From Clostridia bacterium (GTDB lineage: Bacteria > Bacillota > Clostridia > Christensenellales > CAMQZB01), in assembly GCA_045579195.1 (NCBI GenBank), contig JAZNLR010000010.1, positions 1-47,475 of the forward strand: DNA of 47,475 bases, given 5' to 3'. Below are positions 35,542 through 44,285 of this stretch, in pieces; positions within the stretch are counted from its first letter, which is position 1; each line of letters starts with the position of its first letter. A model generated the notes under the pieces. That model was not told where the DNA came from. It saw only the letters and a program-made list of their open reading frames with translations, and made no database searches. Both the position numbers and the translations under genes were made by a program.

Positions 35542-36438
35542 TTACAGAATCTCCTGATAGAGCACGCCATCCTTTTCGGTGAACTTGACTTCTCCAAAGC
35601 AGATGCGACGGTTATCGCTCGGATTTTCCGGGTGCGTCTGCACGTGGAAGGAGGTCATCAACCTGCCATCTTTCGCACGGAAGAAAGCGTTGTGCCCTGC
35701 CCCGAAGTACCCATCGCGGGATTTTAAGACGGGGTTTGCAAGATCGCTTTTCGTCCAAGGGCCAAGAGGATGATCTGCCACCGCGATACAGATGGAGTAA
35801 TCATTGGTTGCGTAATAATTGGTGGAGTAATTCATCACGTACTTCTCGCCATATTTGATGACGTTCGGCCCTTCATTCCAAATATAGTTGATGGGCAAGG
35901 AAAGAAGCTCCCAATCGTGCGTTGGAGTGGTCATGAGCTTATGCTCCCCAATGGCACGGGTCAATGTGTCATCAAGCTCAACGCAATAGACTTGGCTTGT
36001 GTAAACTCCGTCGATGACGTTCTCGATGCAGTCGCGAGAGTAATAAAAGAAGTTTCCCTCCTCGCAGATGAGAACGGAGCCATCAATGGTGGAGTATCCA
36101 AGGTCAAACATGGGTTTTCCCCAAACGTCAGTGAACGGACCGGTCGGGCTGTCCGACGTTGCCACCGCAAGATAAAGGCGGTTGTTGTTCTCGGGGACGC
36201 GCACGGAATAATGCATGATGAACTTTCCGTTGTGGTAAACAACTTCGGGTGCCCAGAAGTTGACAGAACCCCAATGCTCGGAAGTGTCAAAGCAGAGAAT
36301 GGGCTCGCTCCAATTGACAAGGTCGTCGCTCACCCAAACATAAAAACCGTCGATCAAGCTGGTCGCATAGCAATAGTACTTTCCTTCGAACAAGACGACC
36401 TGTGGATCACCAATGTTCGTGATATCCGTTACAATCAT
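35542..36438 (-). CDS. glycoside hydrolase family 43 (beta-xylosidase/alpha-L-arabinofuranosidase-like)
   Basis: Motifs GDPQVV, FWAPEV, IDGSV and NEGPNV are five-bladed-propeller GH43 signatures. The ATG overlaps the MFS stop (ATGA). Confidence 0.8.
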   Translation of the reverse strand: MIVTDITNIGDPQVVLFEGKYYCYATSLIDGFYVWVSDDLVNWSEPILCFDTSEHWGSVNFWAPEVVYHNGKFIMHYSVRVPENNNRLYLAVATSDSPTGPFTDVWGKPMFDLGYSTIDGSVLICEEGNFFYYSRDCIENVIDGVYTSQVYCVELDDTLTRAIGEHKLMTTPTHDWELLSLPINYIWNEGPNVIKYGEKYVMNYSTNYYATNDYSICIAVADHPLGPWTKSDLANPVLKSRDGYFGAGHNAFFRAKDGRLMTSFHVQTHPENPSDNRRICFGEVKFTEKDGVLYQEIL

Positions 36439-37772
36439 TCTTTCTCCTCCAAATTTGTTTCGGAATTATTGATCTTTCCCGCGCTCTTTTTATTCAAGCA
36501 ACGGTTCAAAACAAAGACGACGGCAAGCACGACGGCGATGACGACGAGGGCCGCCCAGAAGATATTTTGGTTCGGAATGAAGGATTCCGTTCCGTCCGAA
36601 TTGATCATTGTTTCTGCCCCGCGCAAAACTGCCGCTCCAACCGCAGGACCAATCAATCCGGGAATCAAGACCTGCCCAACAATGCGCAATCCCTGGAACG
36701 CACCTGCCTTTCCAATCGGCGTATAGTCGCGGATCATCGCTCCAAAGACGGCCATTCCTGTCAAGTACCCCGTCATCATCAGAAGAGAACCAATGAAGAC
36801 GAGAGCGACGTTCGTAAAGATGCCAAGAATGACGTACCCCAAGCAGAGCGCCGCAAGCGAAGGAATGACGGAGCGCGTGAAGCCCACCTTGTCGTAGTAC
36901 CGGCCGTAAATCGCGGTTGCGATCGCCGCAAGGATGATGGCAGGCGCCATGATGAGAACGTAATTTTCGAGCGCGAGAGAAACCTCATAATAAATGATGA
37001 GGTACGGCATAAAGATCTGGATTGAAATGCCGAACACCGCAAATGCAAGGATGGTGAGATATAAAACGACGTTGCTTCGCACCGTGGACGGGCGGAAGCC
37101 ATACAGGATGTTCTTGAAGTACTGCTCGTTGCCCTCGTGACGCTCGAGCGTTTCCTTGATGAGGAAAAAGCTCATAACGCCAATTAAAAGAACGACGATT
37201 CCGATGATTGCAAAGATTGCAGTCCAACTCTCGGCGAGCGCAAGGTCAAACGACATAAAGCCACCAAACACGACGAGAATGGCAACGAGGGGCATCATCG
37301 CGTTGACCCCTTCCACTTTGCCGCGGTTGCTCTCTTCCGTCACGTCCGTCAGCCACGCATTAAAGCAAGCGTCGTTCGCGGTCGAACCGAAGAAGGTCAT
37401 CACGCAGTCAAGAATAATGGTGATGGTCACGCAGATCGCAGAAACGGAAGTCGCCGTTGGGATCATCGCGCCGATGAGATCCACGCGAACGAAGGAAAAG
37501 CCCAAAATGGAAAGACCCCAGAGAATATATCCCAAGGAGATGAAAATTTTTCTTCTTCCCACCTGATCGGAAAGCGCTCCAATGAGAATGGTTGTGAGGG
37601 TCGCGATGACCGCAGAGCAAGTCACCATCGTCGCGATCTGATCGGCGGATGCGTTGAACATCTTATAGATGAACACATTGAAGTACATATTCTCGACGAC
37701 CCAAGCAACCTGGCCAATGAGGCTGAACAGGATGAGCGCGATCCAAAAACGCTTTGCATTTCCCTTTTGCAT
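36435..37772 (-). CDS. MFS transporter (glycoside/oligosaccharide:cation symporter-like)
   Basis: 445 aa with about 12 TM segments. GALSDQVGRRK loop motif. Translationally coupled to GH43. Confidence 0.8.
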   Translation of the reverse strand: MQKGNAKRFWIALILFSLIGQVAWVVENMYFNVFIYKMFNASADQIATMVTCSAVIATLTTILIGALSDQVGRRKIFISLGYILWGLSILGFSFVRVDLIGAMIPTATSVSAICVTITIILDCVMTFFGSTANDACFNAWLTDVTEESNRGKVEGVNAMMPLVAILVVFGGFMSFDLALAESWTAIFAIIGIVVLLIGVMSFFLIKETLERHEGNEQYFKNILYGFRPSTVRSNVVLYLTILAFAVFGISIQIFMPYLIIYYEVSLALENYVLIMAPAIILAAIATAIYGRYYDKVGFTRSVIPSLAALCLGYVILGIFTNVALVFIGSLLMMTGYLTGMAVFGAMIRDYTPIGKAGAFQGLRIVGQVLIPGLIGPAVGAAVLRGAETMINSDGTESFIPNQNIFWAALVVIAVVLAVVFVLNRCLNKKSAGKINNSETNLEEKE

Positions 37773-37840
37773 AGAACAGTTCTCCCTATCTCATTTCGTT
37801 CATTATATCACATTCCCAATCGAATTGCAATGTACAATTG

Positions 37841-37876
37841 AAAAAAGCGTGACGCCATTTTCGCGCACGCTTTTTG
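37841..37876 (-). terminator. intrinsic terminator after the metallophosphoesterase gene
   Basis: AGCGTG..CGC / GCG..CACGCT stem flanked by A6 and T5. Confidence 0.65.
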
Positions 37877-37896
37877 TCTTCCCTTTTTTATGTCAC

Positions 37897-39078
37897 TTAT
37901 TCGTTCGGATTGCCGCTGATATAGTGAATGTACGCGTTTGCAATCTCCCCTTCGTCATTTAAGATGTGAACGGTTCCACCCATGATCGGCGTTCCCTGCA
38001 CCTGACCTGGGTATGCAAACTTAACCGTTCCGTCTTCGAGCAACCAGTTCAGCGCGTCGTATGTTGCGATCTTCTGCCCAAACTGGAATCTCACGCCGTC
38101 AAAAACAGCGCTTGCGCTGTTCGCGTGCTCATGTCCGCAATAGATCGAGTCAACGCCGAGAACTTTCATCTTCGCAAAGATCTCGCCGTTTGCATCCCAG
38201 CCCGTTCCCCACTCCGTGCCGATATATCCAAAGTCCATTTCCGCCTTGTCAGGATGTGCGTCAATGTTGACCGGAGCATTTTTCAATCTTGTGAAGCCAT
38301 ACTGCTCATAAGCATCGTAAAACGCGTTCATCGGAATGTGGAAGGCAAACGAAATCTTGGTCTTGGGGGAGTTTTTCTTCAGCTTTGCGCCGATCTCTTC
38401 AAACCAAGCGACCTGATCATCTCCAAAACCTGCGCCCTTCTTCGTGTGCCCGTTTGCAAGCGTTTCCTCGCTCGCATGCCCCGTTCCGTTCGAGTCCATC
38501 ATAAAGAAGATTCGAATCAGCTTTCCTCCCTGGGTGATGCCCACGGTATAGTTCCCGTTTCCCGTGATGTCACGCTGCTTAAAAAGGCAAAATTCCGCGT
38601 TTTCAAGCACGGAACACTGCCAATCTGCACCCATCGCGCTTTCCGCCTCATGGTTGCCGAAAATAGGTGCCCAAGGAATCCCAAAACTGTCCATTTTGCG
38701 AACGAGCGCCGCAAACTGCGAGCCGCTGTCATCAAACTCGCCGTATATCATATCACCCGTGAGCAAGATGAAATCAGGGCTAACTTCTTCGATAATCTGG
38801 TCAAGATGATCGTTTAAGCGAATGTTCACGTTTTCCTTCGCATAGTACGCCGCGGAAGAAGCATTCAATCGATCCTTTGTTCTCATCTGCGATGCGTCGA
38901 TCGTCTGTGTGTCGGTCAGTTGCAAGATAACCGGACTTTTTCCAACGGGAATGTCCACAATAAAGTCAGGAATGTTCACGCCGTTATATCCTCCGTCTTC
39001 CGTTTTGCCCGAGCATCCTGCCGTGAATGCAACAAGCGCCAAAATCAAACATAACGTCAAAGTCAAAACTCTTTTCAT
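37897..39078 (-). CDS. calcineurin-like metallophosphoesterase lipoprotein
   Basis: True start MKRVLTLTLCLILALVAFTAGCSG (lipobox) after GGGAGGAAAAA. Motifs LTGDMIYGE, GNHE and GHEH. The 165-aa upstream extension in the track ORF crosses the divergent promoter region. Confidence 0.8.
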   Translation of the reverse strand: MKRVLTLTLCLILALVAFTAGCSGKTEDGGYNGVNIPDFIVDIPVGKSPVILQLTDTQTIDASQMRTKDRLNASSAAYYAKENVNIRLNDHLDQIIEEVSPDFILLTGDMIYGEFDDSGSQFAALVRKMDSFGIPWAPIFGNHEAESAMGADWQCSVLENAEFCLFKQRDITGNGNYTVGITQGGKLIRIFFMMDSNGTGHASEETLANGHTKKGAGFGDDQVAWFEEIGAKLKKNSPKTKISFAFHIPMNAFYDAYEQYGFTRLKNAPVNIDAHPDKAEMDFGYIGTEWGTGWDANGEIFAKMKVLGVDSIYCGHEHANSASAVFDGVRFQFGQKIATYDALNWLLEDGTVKFAYPGQVQGTPIMGGTVHILNDEGEIANAYIHYISGNPNE

Positions 39079-39182
39079 CGATTTTTCCTCCCTTTCCCTT
39101 ATTATACAACATCGCTCCTCGCTTTTCAAGAGGAAATAAATAATACGATGACAAAACTCATCGGTTAAGTCATTTGCCTTCC

Positions 39183-39211
39183 TTGACTTTTTCCCGTTGC
39201 AATGATAGAAT
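39183..39211 (+). promoter_or_regulatory. sigma-A promoter of the phosphodiesterase-like gene
   Basis: TTGACT, 17-nt spacer, TGaTAGAAT. Confidence 0.65.
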
Positions 39212-39249
39212 GAACGCATCGAACAGTTCCCTTTTTTGGAGGAATTTTG

Positions 39250-40047
39250 ATGAATCAAACACCTTCCCTCACCACCCTTTGTGCAAGCCTTTGTGAAATC
39301 ATGGGAATTGCTCCGCCGAAGAATGCCGATTGTGAAAATGCAGAGTTCGTTCAAGCTGTCAAATCGAACTTGGGCGGAACTGCCGACCGTATCGTGATGT
39401 TCAACCCCGATGCCATCGGAGAATGGATCTCCAAAAAGTATGCCGAGCTTCTTGCGCCCGTGAATGAGCGCTGCAATCTTTCGCTTGCAATGAAAACAGT
39501 GATGCCGAGCGTCACTCCCGTCTGCTTCGGAACGATGTACACCGGAGCAGCTCCTTGCGTTCACGGAATCCAATCATACGTAAAACCCGTCATCCAAATC
39601 GAATCCATCTTTGACGCCCTCATCAAAGCGGGCAAAAAACCTGCAATCGTCGTCACCGCAGGAGACAGTCTTTCCAAAATCTTCTTGGAGCGCCCCATGG
39701 ATTACTTTATCCTTCCTACCATTGAGGAAGTCAACGCAAAGGCAATGGAACTTCTCCTTGCCGATGAGCACGACTTCATCGTCATATACAACGGAAATTA
39801 CGACACGGTGATGCATAAGTTCGGCCCTGAAAGCAAAGAAGCGCTTTCCGAGCTTTCGAAAAACGCAAAGGTCTTCTCTGCCCTCTGTGATGCGATTGAA
39901 CAAAATTGGAAATCGCACAACACCCTCCTCGGCTTTGCCATGGATCACGGCTGTCACGAGATCGACGGCGGTTGCGGATCGCACGGTTTAGATATGGAAG
40001 AGGACATCAACATCGTGCATCAATATAAGACGTTCAAAGCAAAATAA
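39250..40047 (+). CDS. compact alkaline-phosphatase-superfamily enzyme (type I phosphodiesterase/nucleotide pyrophosphatase-like)
   Basis: ATG after GGAGG. MFNPDAIG (metal Asp), MPSVTPVCFGTMYTGAAPCVHGI (nucleophile Thr block), YDTVMHKFGP and AMDHGCH. Confidence 0.65.
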   Translation: MNQTPSLTTLCASLCEIMGIAPPKNADCENAEFVQAVKSNLGGTADRIVMFNPDAIGEWISKKYAELLAPVNERCNLSLAMKTVMPSVTPVCFGTMYTGAAPCVHGIQSYVKPVIQIESIFDALIKAGKKPAIVVTAGDSLSKIFLERPMDYFILPTIEEVNAKAMELLLADEHDFIVIYNGNYDTVMHKFGPESKEALSELSKNAKVFSALCDAIEQNWKSHNTLLGFAMDHGCHEIDGGCGSHGLDMEEDINIVHQYKTFKAK

Positions 40048-40062
40048 ACATAAAACACAAAT

Positions 40063-40096
40063 AAAAAAGACGAACGATTCTTCGTTCGTCTTTTTG
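40063..40096. terminator. bidirectional terminator between convergent genes
   Basis: AAGACGAACGA ttct TCGTTCGTCTT flanked by A- and T-runs. Confidence 0.85.
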
Positions 40097-40098
40097 TT

Positions 40099-41277
40099 TT
40101 AGTCTTTCAGCTTTTCCAAAAGCAAGTCAACGGCACGCGTTGCATAGCTTTCAAGCGTTCCCTCATCGCGCAAGTAAAACAGCACGGTATAGCGATCGCG
40201 CATCGTGAGCGCACGGCGAATTCCTGCAAGCATTGTTTCACGGTCACGAACGGGCATCGGAACGTTCATCTTTTCGCAGAACGCTTCCACCTTCCTGAAG
40301 AACGGCAAGTACTTCTCGATCAGAGCTTTCAAATTCCCATCCTTGGTTTCCTTTGCCAAGAGCTCGTATATCATTGCAACGAGGCGCGTTCCTTCGCAAA
40401 CTTCGAGGCCGTGCAAACTCGGTTTTTCTCCGCGTTCAATGGCAAAGACCTCCCACGCGTGCGCAATGATATGTTCCGAGCCGGAGGCCGGACGAGAATT
40501 CCCGACGTACGCCATGCCAAGGCCGGTCACCAAAAATCCTTCCATCACGTTTTTGACGGTCTCTGCGCTTCTCGACTGCAGGTTTTCTGCGCTCTCCAAG
40601 CACTTGTTTGTTGCATCAAGAACGTCGCTTGCAATCTTTTCGCAGAAAAACTCCCCCGTTTTGTCGCGGGCAAGCTCCCAATCCAATATGCCGACGTACT
40701 TCCCGAACATATCACCGATTCCGGCAAGCATCATCTCCCACGGCGCTTGTGTGAGAATGTCAAGGTCGCCAATGATGAACTTTGGCGTGGTTGCCTGAAT
40801 CGTGGTTTTCGTTCCGTCGTGCAAGATGGGAGAACCTGCCGAAGCATATCCATCCATTGACGGTGCGGTCGCAACGATTCCGTAGGGTAAGCCCAAGCGA
40901 TATGACGTCAATCTCGAAACGTCATTGAGCGTTCCTGATCCAACGGCGAGGATAAAGTCGGGCATCAGGCAAGCACCGAACGGATTTGCCTTTGCGGCAA
41001 GATCACTTGCATACAGCAAGACGTTTCCGAGCGTTTCCGCATTGGGAAGCACGTCTCCTTTAAGGACAAGGGTCGCGTGATGCTTTCCGCATGCCTTCAG
41101 GATCTCTTCAACACGCACACCTGCAACGGGAAACGTATTCTCGTCCGCCACCACGTAAATGCGGGAATAATCCTTCAAAATCTCCGTGATCTTTTCGATC
41201 GCACCCGAACAGATCCACGCTCCGTCCAAGGGGGCGCGGTGAACTTTTCTTTCGCAATTGCAAGAAACTTCAATCAT
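40099..41277 (-). CDS. sn-glycerol-1-phosphate dehydrogenase-like (AraM/EgsA family, iron-containing ADH superfamily)
   Basis: Start MIEVSCNCERK after AGAGGAAG. GSGTLNDVSR nucleotide loop, metal-ligand context SGSEHIIAHAWE. 392 aa, similar in size to B. subtilis AraM. Confidence 0.55.
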   Translation of the reverse strand: MIEVSCNCERKVHRAPLDGAWICSGAIEKITEILKDYSRIYVVADENTFPVAGVRVEEILKACGKHHATLVLKGDVLPNAETLGNVLLYASDLAAKANPFGACLMPDFILAVGSGTLNDVSRLTSYRLGLPYGIVATAPSMDGYASAGSPILHDGTKTTIQATTPKFIIGDLDILTQAPWEMMLAGIGDMFGKYVGILDWELARDKTGEFFCEKIASDVLDATNKCLESAENLQSRSAETVKNVMEGFLVTGLGMAYVGNSRPASGSEHIIAHAWEVFAIERGEKPSLHGLEVCEGTRLVAMIYELLAKETKDGNLKALIEKYLPFFRKVEAFCEKMNVPMPVRDRETMLAGIRRALTMRDRYTVLFYLRDEGTLESYATRAVDLLLEKLKD

Positions 41278-41364
41278 CGCAAATCTTCCTCTTAAAAAAT
41301 CAAGCTCATTATAGCACCTTTTGTTTCCTCTTTCAAGCAAAACAAAAAATAACAAACAACTTTT

Positions 41365-41404
41365 GTAAAAAATAGCCCGTCATCTTCATAGATGACGGGC
41401 TATT
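41365..41404 (-). terminator. intrinsic terminator of the DUF1538/PII-like operon
   Basis: 14-bp stem AATAGCCCGTCATC/GATGACGGGCTATT followed by a U-tract on the minus strand. Confidence 0.85.
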
Positions 41405-41414
41405 AAAAAACTCA

Positions 41415-42092
41415 TTAAAGCTCTTCAAAGTGCTTAATTCCAACGACGCTCTCAACAGGAAGCGCAAAAACGACGCCGTGCGCATCCGTTGTGCTCCCCG
41501 CGCTTTCCATAATCGCGTGCATAATCGCATCCCGTTTTGCGCGCTCCGCAACGATATACACCATCTCTTTCTCTTCACTGATGGCAACGCCGAAGAACTT
41601 TGCGATCTCCGCTCCCGTGCCCTTTGCGCGAACGACCGTTCCGCCGCTTGCACCAGCGGTACGTGCTGCATCCATAACAAGGTCCGTGTTTCCTTTATCG
41701 ACAATTGTGACAATCAAAACGCTTTTCGTTTCGTTCATTGTTTCTTCCTCCTTTTTCTCAACGGGAGCTTCCCCTACGAAATAATTGAGCGATGCATGTC
41801 CACCGATGCCATCAATCGGCAAGAAAACGGCAATTCCGTTTCCTGCGGATCCGATGTCCATCTCGAAGTACATATCGCGAACGAGCTTCTCCTTCGTGCT
41901 ATCTGAGATCATGGCTTCCATAATGACTTTATCCGTCTTCTCAATGCCAAGGAAATCCAGCATCTTTTCGCTCGCTGTTCCGTGAGAGAGCGTGCTGATG
42001 ACGTGGCTTGCGCCGTGTCTTTTGAAGAACTCAAGGTATTTCTCCTCATATTCTCGCTTTGTGATCAAAATTAAATATTTCAAACCTAACAT
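41415..42092 (-). CDS. fused tandem PII-like signal-transduction protein
   Basis: Start MLGLKYLILI after AAGGGTGGA. There are two about 100-aa halves, each beginning with a beta-strand-like LILITK / LIVTIV segment. The second half (AGASGGTVVRAKGTG...FALPVESVVGI) resembles the PII-family proteins found next to DUF1538 genes. Confidence 0.55.
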   Translation of the reverse strand: MLGLKYLILITKREYEEKYLEFFKRHGASHVISTLSHGTASEKMLDFLGIEKTDKVIMEAMISDSTKEKLVRDMYFEMDIGSAGNGIAVFLPIDGIGGHASLNYFVGEAPVEKKEEETMNETKSVLIVTIVDKGNTDLVMDAARTAGASGGTVVRAKGTGAEIAKFFGVAISEEKEMVYIVAERAKRDAIMHAIMESAGSTTDAHGVVFALPVESVVGIKHFEEL

Positions 42093-42102
42093 ACGTCCAC
42101 CC

Positions 42103-43641
42103 TTATTCAATGATATCTTCCTTCTGTGCAGCCGCTTCGGCTTTCTTTGCCTGGAGCTTTTTCATCTTGATCTTGTAGATCAAGCCAAGGATTTGAATGG
42201 TGATGAGCGGAGTCATTGCAACCATTGCAACGACGCCAAATCCTTGAGTTGCGATGTCGCCGCCGACTGCAGAGCAAACACCGAGCGCCAACGGCATCAA
42301 GAAACTTGCCGTCATCGCGCCCGAAGCAACGCCACCCGAGTCAAATGCGATCGCCGTGAAGATGTCGGGAACGAAGAACATGAGAACAAGCGCGATCAAG
42401 TATCCCGGAATCAAGAATGCCATAATGGGAATGTTGAACACGATTCGGGACATTGCGAGCCCAACCGAAACTGCAACGCCAATCATCAAGCTCCCGCGCA
42501 ATGCCTTTGGCGGAATCGCACCGGATGTGATCTCATAAACCTGGCGAGTCAAAACGTGCACAGCAGGCTCCGCCGCCACAACGAAGAATCCGACGACCAT
42601 TCCGATGGGAATGGCGATCCAGTTATACGAAAGGTTCCCGATCGTTTCCCCGAGGAAACTTCCCACAGGCAAGAAACCGACGTTGACGCCGAGCAAGAAG
42701 AGAACAAGACCGGCGTACGTATAGAACACGCCGACTAAGATTCGAATGATCTGCTGTTTTTGAACTTTTTGGCCAAACAGCTGGAAAATGAAGAAGAATG
42801 CAACGATGGGCAAAAGCGCAATGGCAACTTCCTTCAAGTAATGCGGGAACGCCTCAAAGAACACTTTGACGAGCTCGCGCGAATCTGAAACGCTGGGAAT
42901 CACCGTTGCTGACGTTTCGATGTTCTCGGGTTTGAAAATGATCCCGAGGATCATCACCGAAAGGATGGGGCCAACCGAACAGAGCGCGGTCAAGCCAAAG
43001 CCGTCCGTCTCCGCGTTTTTATCACTTCTCATCGCAGCAACACCGGTTCCGATCGCGATGATGAACGGAACGCTCATCGGGCCTGTCGTGACTCCGCCCG
43101 AATCAAACGCCAACGGGACGAACGCCGCAGGAACGAACTGTGCAAGAATAAACACGCAAGCATAGCAACCAAGCAAAAGATAGGACAGGCGAACCTTCAA
43201 GACAATACGCAAAAACGCGATCACGAGGAAAACACCCACGCCAACGCCCACCGCCAAGATCAGCGTCCAGGGGTTGATGGTGTTCGAAAGCTGCCCTGCC
43301 AAAACCTGAAGGTCAGGCTCGGAAACCGTGATCAAAACGCCCACGATAAAGCAAACGGGAACGATGATCCAGAGCTTCTTCGTGCGCATCACAGACGTTC
43401 CGACGTACTCACCGATGGGGGTCATTGCCGTGTCTGCGCCAAGCGTGAATAAGCCCATGCCAACGATGACGAAAAACGCGCCCAAAATGAACGCCAAAAA
43501 GACCCCACTTTCAATGGGGGCAATCGTCACGCAAAGAGCCAAGACGATCAGCGTGATGGGAAGAACGGAGGAAAACGCCTCTTTCACCTTTTCGGAGATG
43601 ATCGTCTTATCCGCTCTGATAAAGTTCATCCGTTTTTTCAA
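42103..43641 (-). CDS. DUF1538-type integral membrane protein (internally duplicated)
   Basis: TTG start 6 nt after AGGTGA. About 14 TM segments. Repeated motif AFDSGGVTTGPMSVPFIIAIG / AFDSGGVASGAMTASFLMPLA in the two halves. Confidence 0.6.
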   Translation of the reverse strand: MKKRMNFIRADKTIISEKVKEAFSSVLPITLIVLALCVTIAPIESGVFLAFILGAFFVIVGMGLFTLGADTAMTPIGEYVGTSVMRTKKLWIIVPVCFIVGVLITVSEPDLQVLAGQLSNTINPWTLILAVGVGVGVFLVIAFLRIVLKVRLSYLLLGCYACVFILAQFVPAAFVPLAFDSGGVTTGPMSVPFIIAIGTGVAAMRSDKNAETDGFGLTALCSVGPILSVMILGIIFKPENIETSATVIPSVSDSRELVKVFFEAFPHYLKEVAIALLPIVAFFFIFQLFGQKVQKQQIIRILVGVFYTYAGLVLFLLGVNVGFLPVGSFLGETIGNLSYNWIAIPIGMVVGFFVVAAEPAVHVLTRQVYEITSGAIPPKALRGSLMIGVAVSVGLAMSRIVFNIPIMAFLIPGYLIALVLMFFVPDIFTAIAFDSGGVASGAMTASFLMPLALGVCSAVGGDIATQGFGVVAMVAMTPLITIQILGLIYKIKMKKLQAKKAEAAAQKEDIIE

Positions 43642-43670
43642 GCTCTGTCACCTACTTTCTTGTTGGGAAC

Positions 43671-43699
43671 AGTATAGCAAACAACTGTACGTTTGTCAA
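43671..43699 (-). promoter_or_regulatory. sigma-A promoter of the DUF1538 operon
   Basis: Minus strand TTGACA, 17-nt spacer, TGcTATACT. It lies about 30 nt upstream of the start codon. Confidence 0.7.
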
Positions 43700-43720
43700 T
43701 CTTGATTTTTGAGTAAAACA

Positions 43721-43757
43721 TAAAAAGACAACGTGCAAGAAAATGCACGCTGTCTTA
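43721..43757 (-). terminator. intrinsic terminator after the isochorismatase-family gene
   Basis: 13-bp stem AAGACAGCGTGCA/TGCACGTTGTCTT (1 mismatch) followed by a U-tract on the minus strand. Confidence 0.75.
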
Positions 43758-43768
43758 AAATCAGGTTC

Positions 43769-44272
43769 TTATTTCACGTCAATCTGCACCCCACGCATCG
43801 CTGCAAGCGCGGTTTCGTGGCTCTCGTTTGTTACACCGGCGCACGCTTTTGAATCCACCAACACCTTTGCCTCGGGGAAAGCTGCCTTCAAAATCATCGC
43901 GTTTGAAATCACGCAGATGTCTGTGCAAAGGCCACAAAGCTCGATCTCATCGACCGCTCCGAATCTTTCCAGAACGTTGGGAAGAGAAATGCTTCCAAAC
44001 GTCTCCTTGTCGACGACGGTCGAAACATAGGGCAAAAGCTCTTCGCAGATCTGCCAACCTGCCGTATTTTTCACACAGTGCAAAACGGGCAGCTTTCTTC
44101 CCTCTTGCGTCTGCAGATACTCCTTGCCGTGTGTGTCGCGCGTGAAGATGACCGTTCCATCAAAATCCTTCACCTTTTCCACGACAGCAGGAACAATTGA
44201 CCGCGCCTGCTCGCTTCCGAGGCTCCCCGAAATAAAATCAACTTGCATATCAACAACGATCAAAAATTTCAT
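43769..44272 (-). CDS. isochorismatase-family cysteine hydrolase (nicotinamidase-like)
   Basis: Start MKFLIVVDMQVDF after AAAGGAG. Catalytic Asp in VDMQ(V)DF, Lys, and Cys in CGLCTDICV. Confidence 0.8.
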   Translation of the reverse strand: MKFLIVVDMQVDFISGSLGSEQARSIVPAVVEKVKDFDGTVIFTRDTHGKEYLQTQEGRKLPVLHCVKNTAGWQICEELLPYVSTVVDKETFGSISLPNVLERFGAVDEIELCGLCTDICVISNAMILKAAFPEAKVLVDSKACAGVTNESHETALAAMRGVQIDVK

Positions 44273-44285
44273 AAATTTCTCCTTT

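Noticed and set aside
39079-39573. A 165-aa N-terminal extension of the metallophosphoesterase ORF (track ORF 37897-39573).
   Set aside because: The extension runs through the divergent promoter and into the opposite-strand gene. A lipoprotein signal peptide with a strong GGGAGG SD starts at 39078.
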